A stretch of 58,059 nucleotides of DNA from Patescibacteria group bacterium (GCA_028707495.1 JAQWAS010000002.1:3439-61497), one strand, 5' to 3'. Counted from the stretch's first letter, positions 8,025 through 18,113 are shown. The notes: generated by a model not told the origin, from the sequence alone. Translations and numbers: made by a program.

Positions 8025-11000
8025 ATGGAGTTTGTTCACCTACATGTCCACTCGCATTATAGTCTTCTTGATGGTCTAGGTAAATTAGACGATTTAATTG
8101 CTCAGGCTCAAGAATACAACATGCCAGCTTTAGCCCTAACTGATCATGGGGTTATGTATGGCGTGATTGAATTTTATAAAAAAGCGACAGCTGCTGGCAT
8201 TAAACCAATTATTGGCGTTGAAGCTTATCTAGCTCGCAATGGTTTAGATAAAAAAAGAGCCAAACTTGATGAAAAACCTTATCATCTAATTTTGTTAGCT
8301 AAAAACCAACAAGGCTATCAAAATTTAATTAAATTAACTTCCATCGCCCATTTGGAAGGTTTTTATTATAAACCACGTATTGACTGGGAACTTTTAGAAA
8401 AATATCACGAAGGTTTAATTGCTTTATCCGCTTGTATTCAAGGTGAAATTCCCCAAGCCATTTTAGAAAATCAACTTTCGCAAGCCGAAAAATTAGCTTT
8501 AAAATATCAAAAGCTTTTTGGCGCTAATAATTTTTATTTAGAAGTCCAACACCATTCCGGCAATCAAGATCAAGAAAAGGTTAATAATTTTATTTTTGAA
8601 ATTGCCAAAAAAAATCATATCCCAGTCGTTGCCACCAACGACGTTCATTATGTCAATTCTCATGATGCCGAAGCTCAAGACATTCTTTTGTGCATGCAAA
8701 CCAAAAAGAAAAAACAAGATCTTGATCGAATGAATTTAATGGATCACGATTTGTCTTTCCGTTCGCCACATAATATGATTGAAGGTTTTAAGGATCACCC
8801 AGAAGTTATTGAAAATTCAGTCAAGATTGCTAAAATGTGTGATTTAAAAATTGAATTGGGCGAAATTAAATTACCTTATTTCGAAGTTCCAAACGATAAA
8901 ACTGCTGATGAATATTTAACTGATATTTGCCAACAAAACATTGTACAACGCTATCCCCTGATTCGCTACGAAAAAGAAATCGCTGAAGATAAAAAAAAAC
9001 CAAGTGACTTAGAAAAACAGATTCAAGAGCGTTTAAAATATGAATTGGAAATTATCAAAAAAACCGGCTATGCTTCTTATTTTTTAATTGTTCAAGACTT
9101 TGTCAACTGGGCCAAAAAAAATAACATCGTAGTTGGGCCTGGTCGCGGTTCAGCTGCTGGTTCAATCGTCTCTTATTTAACTAATATCACCGAAATCGAT
9201 CCCTTAAAATACGATTTAGTTTTTGAAAGATTTTTAAATCCAGAAAGAATTTCCATGCCTGATATTGACTTAGATTTTGCCGATACGCGACGCAATGAAG
9301 TTGTTAGCTATGTTGAAAATAAATATGGCAAAGATCATGTCAGCCAAATTATTACTTTTGGTACTATGGCCGCTCGAGCAGCCGTTCGCGACGTTGGTCG
9401 CGTTTTAGATTTTAGTTATAGTTTTTGCGATAAACTTGCTAAATTAATTCCTCAATTCACTAATTTAAAAGATGCTCTAACCAAAGTGACTGAACTTAAG
9501 GAATTATATAATTCCAATGATGATGCTAAAAAAATTCTCGACATGGCTCAAAAATTAGAAGGTGTCGCTCGACACGCTTCGACTCATGCCTGTGGGGTTT
9601 TAATTACCCGTGAACCCCTTGATCATTATGTCCCATTACAAATTGCCTCGCGAGGTGACGAGACTATTGTCTCGCAATACGACATGATATGTGTTGAATC
9701 TTTAGGTCTGTTAAAAATGGATTTCTTGGGTTTAAAAAATTTAACCTTAATTGAAAATTGTCTTGAAATTATTGATAAAACTCAGGATCAAAAAATCAAT
9801 TTAGAAACTTTATCTTTAGAAGATTTAAAAACTTATCGCCTTTTACAAGACGGACAAACTACCGGCGTTTTTCAGCTAGAAAGTTCCGGCATGAAACGAT
9901 ATTTAAAAACGTTGAAGCCAACCAATATGGATGATATTATTGCTATGGTCGCTCTCTATCGACCTGGACCGATGCAATTTATTCCAGATTATATCAATGG
10001 TAAACATGGCAAACGTCAAGCTACTTATTTACATCCTAAATTAAAACCTATTTTAGATAAAACTTACGGCATTGCAGTCTACCAAGAACAAGTTTTACAA
10101 ATCGCCCGCGATTTAGCCGGCTTTACTCTTGGCGAAGCTGATATTTTACGTAAAGCTGTCGGTAAAAAAATTGCTGAACTTTTAAAACAACAAAAAGATA
10201 AATTTGTTAAAGGTTGTGTCAAAAATAATATTAAAAAAGAAACAGCTTTAAAAATTTTTGAATTTATTGAACCCTTTGCTGGTTATGGTTTTAATAAAGC
10301 CCATGCAACCTCTTATGCCACTATCGCCTATCAAACAGCTTATTTAAAGGCTAATTTTCCGGTTGAATTTATGGCTTCTCTTTTAACCGCCGATGAAAAT
10401 GATAGTGATCGAGTTGCTATTGAAATTGAAGAATGTAAAAACATGGGCATTGAAGTTCTTCCGCCAGATATTAATGAAAGTTTTAAAAATTTTACTGTCG
10501 TTGTTGGTACCGAAAATCCAACCATTCGCTTTGGACTTTTAGCCATTAAAAATGTTGGTTCAACTATCGTTGATATTATTATTAAAGAAAGAAAAACCAA
10601 TGGTTTATATCAAAATTTAACCGACTTTTTAAAACGCGTTCAAAGTAAAGATCTAAATAAAAAATCATTAGAAAGTTTGATTAAATCTGGCGCTTTAGAT
10701 AATTTTGGCGAACGCAATCAATTGTTGGAAAATATTGAAAATTTACTTAACTTTGTGCGTAATATTCAAAAGGAAAAAATTAATGGCCAAAAAAGTCTGT
10801 TTGGTGTTTTGCCCGTAAATAACACTGAACCAAATTTAAAATTAAAATCAGCTCGACCAGCGACTCGCAAAGAAAAATTGTCATGGGAAAAAAATCTTTT
10901 GGGTTTGTACGTTTCAGAACATCCCCTAAAAAAAGTTTTTGAAATAGCCCAAAAAGACATTGTCAGTTGTTCTATGATTGAAGAGCAAAAAACAAAAAGC

Positions 11001-11363
11001 TATATTAAAATTATTGGCGTAGTGACTAAAATAAAAAAAATTATTACCTCGAACAATAAAACAATGTTATTTGTTAAAATTGAAGATTCGAGTGGCAGTT
11101 TAGAGGTAATCGTCTTCCCAGATGTTTATAATAATAATAAAAATCTTTGGGAAGAAGAAAAAACCCTGGCTATTATTGGCAAGGTTTCTGACAAGGATGG
11201 CACTAAAAAAGTTATTGTCGCTGAAGCTAAAAAAATTGAACCCGATGATCCAGACAGCTCTCTTAAAACCATTCTTTCCCTTCAACCACCAGCCAACAAT
11301 GGCTTTAAATACGCCAATCAATCTGGCTGGGCAGTAAGCTATAATAGTTTTTATACTTATTAA
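8025..11363 (+). CDS. dnaE: DNA polymerase III alpha subunit
   Basis: The N-terminal PHP domain begins FVHLHVHSHYSLLDG. The polymerase core motifs (PDIDLDF, GLLKMDFLGL) and an OB-fold C-terminus are present. Confidence 0.97.
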   Translation: MEFVHLHVHSHYSLLDGLGKLDDLIAQAQEYNMPALALTDHGVMYGVIEFYKKATAAGIKPIIGVEAYLARNGLDKKRAKLDEKPYHLILLAKNQQGYQNLIKLTSIAHLEGFYYKPRIDWELLEKYHEGLIALSACIQGEIPQAILENQLSQAEKLALKYQKLFGANNFYLEVQHHSGNQDQEKVNNFIFEIAKKNHIPVVATNDVHYVNSHDAEAQDILLCMQTKKKKQDLDRMNLMDHDLSFRSPHNMIEGFKDHPEVIENSVKIAKMCDLKIELGEIKLPYFEVPNDKTADEYLTDICQQNIVQRYPLIRYEKEIAEDKKKPSDLEKQIQERLKYELEIIKKTGYASYFLIVQDFVNWAKKNNIVVGPGRGSAAGSIVSYLTNITEIDPLKYDLVFERFLNPERISMPDIDLDFADTRRNEVVSYVENKYGKDHVSQIITFGTMAARAAVRDVGRVLDFSYSFCDKLAKLIPQFTNLKDALTKVTELKELYNSNDDAKKILDMAQKLEGVARHASTHACGVLITREPLDHYVPLQIASRGDETIVSQYDMICVESLGLLKMDFLGLKNLTLIENCLEIIDKTQDQKINLETLSLEDLKTYRLLQDGQTTGVFQLESSGMKRYLKTLKPTNMDDIIAMVALYRPGPMQFIPDYINGKHGKRQATYLHPKLKPILDKTYGIAVYQEQVLQIARDLAGFTLGEADILRKAVGKKIAELLKQQKDKFVKGCVKNNIKKETALKIFEFIEPFAGYGFNKAHATSYATIAYQTAYLKANFPVEFMASLLTADENDSDRVAIEIEECKNMGIEVLPPDINESFKNFTVVVGTENPTIRFGLLAIKNVGSTIVDIIIKERKTNGLYQNLTDFLKRVQSKDLNKKSLESLIKSGALDNFGERNQLLENIENLLNFVRNIQKEKINGQKSLFGVLPVNNTEPNLKLKSARPATRKEKLSWEKNLLGLYVSEHPLKKVFEIAQKDIVSCSMIEEQKTKSYIKIIGVVTKIKKIITSNNKTMLFVKIEDSSGSLEVIVFPDVYNNNKNLWEEEKTLAIIGKVSDKDGTKKVIVAEAKKIEPDDPDSSLKTILSLQPPANNGFKYANQSGWAVSYNSFYTY

Positions 11364-11392
11364 TTTTAATCATAATTTATAAAATAAAAAAT

Positions 11393-12622
11393 ATGGCTTC
11401 TCAAAATTCAAAAAATAAAGATAAAGATAAAAAAAATCCTAATCAAAACAGGACTCGCAACATTTATAAAGCCATTGCTTTAAGTTTTATTGTGGCCACT
11501 CTTGTTTTGATTTTATTAATTGTTAATTTTACTCTAGCGCGCGCCGATATCACCTTAACACCTAGCCAACAAAATATTCAAGCTGAACCACAAATTACCA
11601 TTGTCGATAGCTCTACCCAACAAGATTTAACCTTGCAAGGCAAATTTTTTTCTGTAACTCGTAGCTTGGAAAAAACTTTTTTTCCGTCAGAAGCAAAAAC
11701 TCAACCAGCTCAAATTACTGGTCAAATCACAATTTATAATAATCATACCGAAGATCAAACGCTCATCGCCACCACTCGTTTTCTATCACCCGACAATATT
11801 CTTTATCGGTTGGAAGAAACAGTGACCGTAGGTGCCGGACAAAATTTAACCGTTCAGATCTCCTCTGATCAAACTGGCCCAACTAATCAAGTTAAAGCTA
11901 AAACACGCTTTACCATTCCAGGCTTGCGAACCAATTTGCAAGACAAAATCTACGGTGTTAATTCTGAGGCACTTGCTGGTGGTGAAAAAAAATTAGGCAT
12001 TATTTCACAAACGGACATTGATCAAGCCAAACAACAACTTGAAACTGAACTTAATCAAACGATTATGAATGAAATTGAAGACACTTTTAACAATCAAAAA
12101 CGTAACCCTTTTGAAGAAACAGATCAAGCTGTCGAAAATTTAGCTAATTATGAATTACTTAGTAATATTAGCCAAAAAGAAATTTTAAACACCCAAACCG
12201 ATGCTGAAGCCGGCCAAACTAGTGATGGTTTTAAAATTAATTTAGAAATGCGAATAACGGTTTTAGCGATCGAAAAAAATCAACTCTTTAATTTAACCTT
12301 GAATCAACTCGAAAAACAAATTGACGCCAATCAACATCAACTTTACTTACAGCGCGATAGTTTTAATTACGAATTAGAAAGTTGTAATTTTGAAACTAAA
12401 ACTGCCAAAATTAAAACTCAACTTCAAGCTGGCATAACCCTAAAACCCGATAGTTTAATTTTAGATAAAGATAAATTGATTGGACTTTCTAAAAAGGGCG
12501 TGCTAAAATATTTTGAGTCATATGATCAAATTGATAAAGTTGAAATTAAATTTAAACCCTTTTGGGTTTTTCAAGTGCCACGCTTAAAAAATCATATTCA
12601 AATTAATATTCAACAACCATAA
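11393..12622 (+). CDS. hypothetical membrane-anchored protein (409 aa)
   Basis: The N-terminus is basic and followed by a single TM helix. The remainder is a Gln/Thr-rich, beta-rich ectodomain. I cannot assign a family. Confidence 0.7.
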   Translation: MASQNSKNKDKDKKNPNQNRTRNIYKAIALSFIVATLVLILLIVNFTLARADITLTPSQQNIQAEPQITIVDSSTQQDLTLQGKFFSVTRSLEKTFFPSEAKTQPAQITGQITIYNNHTEDQTLIATTRFLSPDNILYRLEETVTVGAGQNLTVQISSDQTGPTNQVKAKTRFTIPGLRTNLQDKIYGVNSEALAGGEKKLGIISQTDIDQAKQQLETELNQTIMNEIEDTFNNQKRNPFEETDQAVENLANYELLSNISQKEILNTQTDAEAGQTSDGFKINLEMRITVLAIEKNQLFNLTLNQLEKQIDANQHQLYLQRDSFNYELESCNFETKTAKIKTQLQAGITLKPDSLILDKDKLIGLSKKGVLKYFESYDQIDKVEIKFKPFWVFQVPRLKNHIQINIQQP

Positions 12623-12629
12623 AAATTAT

Positions 12630-13001
12630 ATGTCATTACCTGAAAAATTCAACTCATCAAATTTTTCACCAGAACAAAATAAACAGCCAAATACTGATCT
12701 AAGAATTATCAAAGAAATTGTAGAAGAAGATGGAACCGTTAAAAAACTTTTTTCTGATCCAGAGGGTTTTATTTGTAAAACAGAAATTATTCAAACAAAC
12801 GGTACGATGTTACAAAGATTCAATAATCAAGAAGGACATACTATAAAATTAATTCGAACCACCCCTATGCCTAAAAATTATTCTTTAGAACAATATTATA
12901 TTCCAGATCCTGAAAATGAAGGTAAATTTATTGAATCAGAATATTATATTAAAGATGCTGGTGGAAAAATAATGGAATATGAAAATTTATTAGATATTTA
13001 A
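12630..13001 (+). CDS. hypothetical protein (123 aa)
   Basis: Intact ORF packed tightly between the 409-aa ORF and thrS. Confidence 0.6.
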   Translation: MSLPEKFNSSNFSPEQNKQPNTDLRIIKEIVEEDGTVKKLFSDPEGFICKTEIIQTNGTMLQRFNNQEGHTIKLIRTTPMPKNYSLEQYYIPDPENEGKFIESEYYIKDAGGKIMEYENLLDI

Positions 13002-13006
13002 AATAT

Positions 13007-14740
13007 ATGCACAAACAACCAAACAATCAACTTGAAATTATTCGTCACTCTTTGGCGCACATTTTAGCAACTGCCGTTTTGAAATTATACCCAGATACTC
13101 AAATTGCGATTGGTCCAGCTATTGAAGATGGCTTTTATTATGATTTTGATTTTAAAGATAAAATTACGCCGGAAAACCTACCAGCAATTGAAAAAGAAAT
13201 GCGTAAATTAATTAAAGAAAATTTAAAATTCGAACAACAAAAAATTAATATTTTAGAAGCTAAAGAAATTTTTAAAAACCAAAAATATAAAATCGAGCTG
13301 ATTGATGATTTGGTTAGTCAGGGCGAAAGTCAAGTTTCAATTTATAAAACTGGTAATTTTGTCGACCTCTGCCGTGGTCCACATATCGAATCAACTCAAA
13401 TCTTAAAAAATGTTGGTTTTAAATTAGATAAACTAGCCGGCGCTTATTGGCGAGGAGATGAGCATAAACCCATGTTAACTCGTATTTATGCTCTCGCTTT
13501 TAAAAATCAACAACAGCTTGATGAATTTTTAATTCTTCGCCAAGAAGCTATTAAAAGAGATCATCGCAAGTTAGGACAGGAACTAGATTTGTTTTCTTTT
13601 CAATCACAAGCTCCCGGCATGCCCTTTTGGCACAACAAAGGCAATTATATTTGGCAAAAATTAGTTGATTGGGTTAGCGACTTAATGCGTCAAAGAAATT
13701 ATGAAATTAATAAAACACCAATTATTTTAAATAAAGACTTATGGCTTCAATCTGGTCATTGGGATCACTATGCAGAAAATATGTACTTTACTAAAATTGA
13801 TGATCAAGATTTTGCCGTTAAACCGATGAATTGTCCGGGTAATATTTTAATTTACAAAAACACCAAACATTCCTATCGTGAATTGCCAATTCGTGCCGGT
13901 GAATTTGGCTTAGTTCATCGTCATGAGTTATCAGGGGTTTTATCGGGACTATTTAGAGTCCGCTGTTTTACTCAAGATGATGCTCATATCTATTGTACTC
14001 AAGAACAAATCCAAGCTGAAATTAAAAACCTGCTCGATTTTATGCATCAAGTTTATTCAACTTTTAATTTTAAATATCGTATTGAACTTTCAACCAAACC
14101 CGACAAAGCTATGGGTGATCCTAAAATTTGGGAATTGGCTGAAAAAACTCTAAAGCAAGTTTTAGACCAAACTGGTCAAGATTATAAAATTAATGAAGGC
14201 GATGGCGCTTTTTATGGTCCCAAAATCGATTTTCATTTAGAAGACGCTTTGGGTCGTTCTTGGCAATGTGGTACAATTCAACTTGACTTCCAAATGCCAG
14301 AAAAATTTGATTTAACTTATACTAATTCTGACGGCCAAGAACAACGACCAGTTATGTTACATCGAACTATTTTAGGCAGTGTGGAGCGATTTATTGGTGT
14401 TTTAATTGAACACTACGCTGGTGCTCTACCTATTTGGCTCTCTCCTGTCCAAATTAAAATAATTAACGTTGGCGAAACTCACGAAAAACATTGCCAACAA
14501 TTAGCCGAAGAATTTAGGCAAGCCGGTTTGCAAGTTGAATTAGATTTAGCCAATGAAACTGTGGGCAATAAAATTCGCAAGGCTATCAAAGAAAAAATTC
14601 CGTATATGCTAGTCATCGGCGACAAAGAAATGGAAAGTAAAGATTTACACGTTCGTATCCGTGGCGAAGAAAAAGTGGTTAAAATATCAAAAAAGAAATT
14701 TATTGCTCAAATTTTGAAAGAAATTGAAGATAAAAAATAA
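13007..14740 (+). CDS. thrS: threonine--tRNA ligase (no N-terminal TGS domain)
   Basis: The editing-domain motif HSLAHILA occurs at residues 14-21. Class II core motifs and a C-terminal anticodon-binding domain are present. Confidence 0.95.
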   Translation: MHKQPNNQLEIIRHSLAHILATAVLKLYPDTQIAIGPAIEDGFYYDFDFKDKITPENLPAIEKEMRKLIKENLKFEQQKINILEAKEIFKNQKYKIELIDDLVSQGESQVSIYKTGNFVDLCRGPHIESTQILKNVGFKLDKLAGAYWRGDEHKPMLTRIYALAFKNQQQLDEFLILRQEAIKRDHRKLGQELDLFSFQSQAPGMPFWHNKGNYIWQKLVDWVSDLMRQRNYEINKTPIILNKDLWLQSGHWDHYAENMYFTKIDDQDFAVKPMNCPGNILIYKNTKHSYRELPIRAGEFGLVHRHELSGVLSGLFRVRCFTQDDAHIYCTQEQIQAEIKNLLDFMHQVYSTFNFKYRIELSTKPDKAMGDPKIWELAEKTLKQVLDQTGQDYKINEGDGAFYGPKIDFHLEDALGRSWQCGTIQLDFQMPEKFDLTYTNSDGQEQRPVMLHRTILGSVERFIGVLIEHYAGALPIWLSPVQIKIINVGETHEKHCQQLAEEFRQAGLQVELDLANETVGNKIRKAIKEKIPYMLVIGDKEMESKDLHVRIRGEEKVVKISKKKFIAQILKEIEDKK

Positions 14741-14774
14741 ATTTTATATTTAAAATAATCAAGTTCTTTTGAAT

Positions 14775-14799
14775 AAAAAATCAACTGTTGTAAACAGTT
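14775..14799 (-). terminator. minus-strand terminator-like hairpin
   Basis: AACTGTT-tac-AACAGTT, read on the minus strand, is followed by GATTTTTT. Confidence 0.4.
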
Positions 14800-14877
14800 T
14801 TACCCAAACGACCAGAACAGACTCCTCCTTTCGTGTTAACAATCAAACCGGGTTAACTGTTTCATAGTAGTTGAGAG

Positions 14878-14903
14878 GGCTTCGCTTTCGAGCGAGGCCT
14901 TTT
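14878..14903 (+). terminator. plus-strand intrinsic terminator (probably thrS)
   Basis: GGCTTCGCT-ttcg-AGCGAGGCC is followed by TTTT. Confidence 0.5.
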
Positions 14904-14912
14904 AAATTGAAA

Positions 14913-14944
14913 TAAAAAAGGGATCTGTTTTACAACAGAACCCC
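14913..14944 (-). terminator. intrinsic terminator of cassette 2
   Basis: The minus-strand sequence GGGGTTCTGTTGTAAAACAGATCCC is followed by TTTTTTATTT. Confidence 0.55.
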
Positions 14945-14966
14945 TATATGCATCATTGTTTTAGTA

Positions 14967-15884
14967 TTAGAGACTTGACGCGATATCCTCCTTAATTTCA
15001 GAGGGTGTATCATCCCGATCCAACAACCATTTTTTGTCGTCGAGAGTGAGTAAATGTTTAAATCTACGGTAAACAGGCTTCTTGACAGAGAAACTGGACG
15101 ACCAGCAAAGTATGGTCATTAGGCTCTTATGCTCTGGATTTTCCCAATTATCGATCATATCCCCTACAATTTCAGGTGGAGCTTGCCCGCATCCATCACA
15201 CCTCTTCAATATCCCTACTCTTTCTGATTCGCCGAAAAGGGGCTTGAATTTATTGTAGATAGATATTTTTATGGAAGGTGGTACAAGAATATAACATATA
15301 ATATCTACTAAATTCTTGGGTTCTGGATTCTGCCAATTTTCAATAATATCCTCTGCTATTTCTGGCAGAATCCATCCTACATGAAAATCCTTAAAGAGCC
15401 CCGCTCTTTCTGATTCGCCGAAAAGGTGCTTGAATTTATTGTAGAAAGATATTTTTGTTGGTGTTGGAACACCCTGATCTCCTATTGTTTCTAATATGCT
15501 CGTATACTCTGGAGTTTCCCAACTATCAAGAATGTCCTCTACAACCTCTAAGGGGGTGTATTCATGTTTAAGTAATTCCACACGGTCCGTTTCGGTAAGG
15601 CGTGGTCTTAGATATCGCCAGGCTTGTCTTTTTTTTCTATTAAACCGGTCCGATAAAGTCACTTCCCTTATTATGCCAATATAAACTTTATTAGCATAAG
15701 AATATCCAGCCACCATTTCCCAAAGTCTTTTTTTCTGCCAGGGTAAGATGAAAATCGAAAATCCCGGTTCAGTAAAAACGTCTATAGCTCGCTCTTCATC
15801 ATTGAGTCTCTTTCCGGCAATCCGATAGGCCATTTGATTAAAAACAATTGTTGCTATCAATAGTCCTAAGATTAAACCACACAT
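14967..15884 (-). CDS. hypothetical membrane-anchored repeat protein (cassette 2, 305 aa)
   Basis: AGGAGG lies 4 nt upstream of the ATG. The protein has an N-terminal TM helix and at least 3 internal repeats of about 62 aa (YNKFKxLFGESERxG...PPEIxxDxIxNWxNPE). The region is GC-richer than its neighbours. Confidence 0.75.
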   Translation of the reverse strand: MCGLILGLLIATIVFNQMAYRIAGKRLNDEERAIDVFTEPGFSIFILPWQKKRLWEMVAGYSYANKVYIGIIREVTLSDRFNRKKRQAWRYLRPRLTETDRVELLKHEYTPLEVVEDILDSWETPEYTSILETIGDQGVPTPTKISFYNKFKHLFGESERAGLFKDFHVGWILPEIAEDIIENWQNPEPKNLVDIICYILVPPSIKISIYNKFKPLFGESERVGILKRCDGCGQAPPEIVGDMIDNWENPEHKSLMTILCWSSSFSVKKPVYRRFKHLLTLDDKKWLLDRDDTPSEIKEDIASSL

Positions 15885-15941
15885 TTTTCCTCCTCGTTTT
15901 TTCTTTTGTCAATGATACAGATTATTTTTTTATTTCTATTA

Positions 15942-15970
15942 ATAATATCATAATTATAATTTAATGTCAA
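15942..15970 (-). promoter_or_regulatory. sigma70-like promoter of cassette 2
   Basis: On the minus strand, TTGACA (15970-15965), a 17-nt spacer, then TATTAT (15947-15942). Confidence 0.5.
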
Positions 15971-16039
15971 GACTTAAAGGTTAATAACTCTTAATGTTAT
16001 TAAATTGAAATAAAAACTTTTTTCTGTTAGGATTAAATT

Positions 16040-17353
16040 ATGCTAACATATTTTATCAAAACTTTTGGTTGTCAAATGAACATCAGCGATTCAGAACGCA
16101 TCGCTGGTTTATTAAATTCCATTAATTTTCAACCTACTCAAAATATATCAACAGCTGATTTAATTATTGTAAATGCTTGTTCGGTTCGTCAATCAGCCAT
16201 AGATCGTATTTATGGTTTAAGTGCTAAATGGCTTAAACAAAAACAAAATAATAATTTTAAAACCATTTTAACCGGTTGCCTTTTGGACTTAGATAAAAAA
16301 AAGTTAAAACCGCGTTTTGATTTGATTTTAGATATCCGCGATTTAAACACTTGGCCGCCAGCCATCGCCAATCTATTTTCCGACAACAATCTCTGTCATA
16401 CAAACTATAACCTACAAACCACAAACTATCTAGGCGTTAAACCTAATTATTCTAATTCCCACACCGCCTTAGTTCCTATCATGAATGGTTGCAATAATTT
16501 TTGTTCTTACTGTGTTGTACCATACACTCGCCACCGTGAAACCTCTCGACCAGCTGATGAAATTATCAAAGAAGTAAAATCGTTAATTAAACGTGGATAC
16601 AAGGAAATTATTTTAATTGGACAGAATGTTAACAGTTATCAATGTCCTCATAGTCAAATTAATTTTCCCGAACTTTTACGTATGATTAATAATTTATCTG
16701 GCAATTTTTGGCTAAATTTTGTGACTTCCCATCCCAAAGATATGTCTGATGAATTAATTCAAACCATGGCTCAATCATTAAAAATTTGTCCATATGTTCA
16801 TTTGCCAGTCCAATCTGGTGATAATAAAATTTTACAAGCCATGAATCGTCACTATACCGTTCAACATTACAAAAAATTAATTAAAAAAATAAAACATAAT
16901 TTTAAAAAATACCGCATTGGTTTAGAAAAATATCCCGCAATCTCAACTGACATTATTGTTGGTTTCCCTGGCGAAACTTTAAAACAATTTAAACACACCT
17001 TGCGTTTGGCTAAAAAAATTAAATACGACATGATCTATGTTGGTCAATATTCACCCCGGCCCCAAACCACTGCGGCTAAATTAAAAGATGATGTTTCTAA
17101 AACAGAAAAGAAAAACCGCGACAAAATTTTAAATCAAATTTTACAAAAAACCAACCTAAAAAATAATCAACGCTTTGTCAATCAAACCCTGGAAGTTTTA
17201 GTTGATAAATGTAACAATCAAGCTTGTTTTGGCCATACTCGTCATTTTAAAAATGTTAAATTTGATTCGAAAAATGATTTAACTGGTCACAAAATTAAAG
17301 TTAAAATAAAACAAGCTCACGATTGGAACTTGTTAGGAGAATTAATTAGTTAA
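16040..17353 (+). CDS. miaB: tRNA-i6A37 methylthiotransferase MiaB
   Basis: The UPF0004 N-terminus reads FIKTFGCQMNISDSE. The radical-SAM motif CNNFCSYCVVP and a C-terminal TRAM-like domain are present. Confidence 0.93.
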   Translation: MLTYFIKTFGCQMNISDSERIAGLLNSINFQPTQNISTADLIIVNACSVRQSAIDRIYGLSAKWLKQKQNNNFKTILTGCLLDLDKKKLKPRFDLILDIRDLNTWPPAIANLFSDNNLCHTNYNLQTTNYLGVKPNYSNSHTALVPIMNGCNNFCSYCVVPYTRHRETSRPADEIIKEVKSLIKRGYKEIILIGQNVNSYQCPHSQINFPELLRMINNLSGNFWLNFVTSHPKDMSDELIQTMAQSLKICPYVHLPVQSGDNKILQAMNRHYTVQHYKKLIKKIKHNFKKYRIGLEKYPAISTDIIVGFPGETLKQFKHTLRLAKKIKYDMIYVGQYSPRPQTTAAKLKDDVSKTEKKNRDKILNQILQKTNLKNNQRFVNQTLEVLVDKCNNQACFGHTRHFKNVKFDSKNDLTGHKIKVKIKQAHDWNLLGELIS

Positions 17354-17357
17354 GTTT

Positions 17358-18041
17358 TTATCTTACGCCAGTTTTTTGAAATCGCTTAATTTTAAAATAT
17401 AGAAAAATAAACCCAGCTATTAACCACGGAATTGCAATTAAATTTAGCCAAACTAAATCCTGAGACACTGAAATATTAAAAACTGCGTGAAAAATAATAG
17501 CTAAGATAACGCCTTTAATTAGCCACCATTGAGATTGATGATGAAAATGCACCCAACCCAAATAATAACCAATAATGCCCGTAGCTACGGCATGCATTAA
17601 AGTTGTAGTTAAAAAGCGATACAAAATTAATTGCGAACCGCCTACTAACACGGCCAAAGAATTTTCCAAAGCCGCAAAACCCAAAGCTGCCGTAACACAA
17701 TAAAAAATACCATCCAATGATTCGTTAAATTCTCGATTATAATAAATTTTTTTCCGCACCACGCCAAATTTTAAAATTTCTTCCAAGGGCGCCACAATAA
17801 TTAAAGCTCTGAGAATAATTAGCCAACCACGCGAAACATATAATTCCGGTTTTAAAATTTCAACTAAAAAATGTTCTAGAACTATAGCCAAAAAAGCGGC
17901 CAACATGCCCCAAATAAAAATTTTCAAAATCAACCAAAAGGGTTCTGGCCGTTTACGATCATAATAATGATAAAAAATCAGCCAAAAAACACTTGGTAAA
18001 AAAGCAAAAATAATTAAAGCAATTTTATATATTATTTCCAT
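17358..18041 (-). CDS. PrsW-family intramembrane metalloprotease
   Basis: The protein is polytopic and carries EEILKF, ALEN, HAVATG and HAVFN motifs. Confidence 0.8.
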   Translation of the reverse strand: MEIIYKIALIIFAFLPSVFWLIFYHYYDRKRPEPFWLILKIFIWGMLAAFLAIVLEHFLVEILKPELYVSRGWLIILRALIIVAPLEEILKFGVVRKKIYYNREFNESLDGIFYCVTAALGFAALENSLAVLVGGSQLILYRFLTTTLMHAVATGIIGYYLGWVHFHHQSQWWLIKGVILAIIFHAVFNISVSQDLVWLNLIAIPWLIAGFIFLYFKIKRFQKTGVR

Positions 18042-18113
18042 AAATTTAAGCTATCCTTTATTATACCAAACTCTATTATTTATGTCTAAAACAAATTAAG
18101 CTATAATAAAGCT

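Noticed and set aside
12853-12860. A TTCGAACC T-loop-like string could mark a tRNA.
   Set aside because: It lies inside the 12630-13001 CDS. No acceptor, D or anticodon arms can be drawn around it.
12980-13010. T-box or riboswitch leaders might lie upstream of thrS and argS.
   Set aside because: thrS starts 5 nt after the preceding ORF. The region upstream of argS holds only a bidirectional terminator of about 35 nt. There is no room for a leader RNA.
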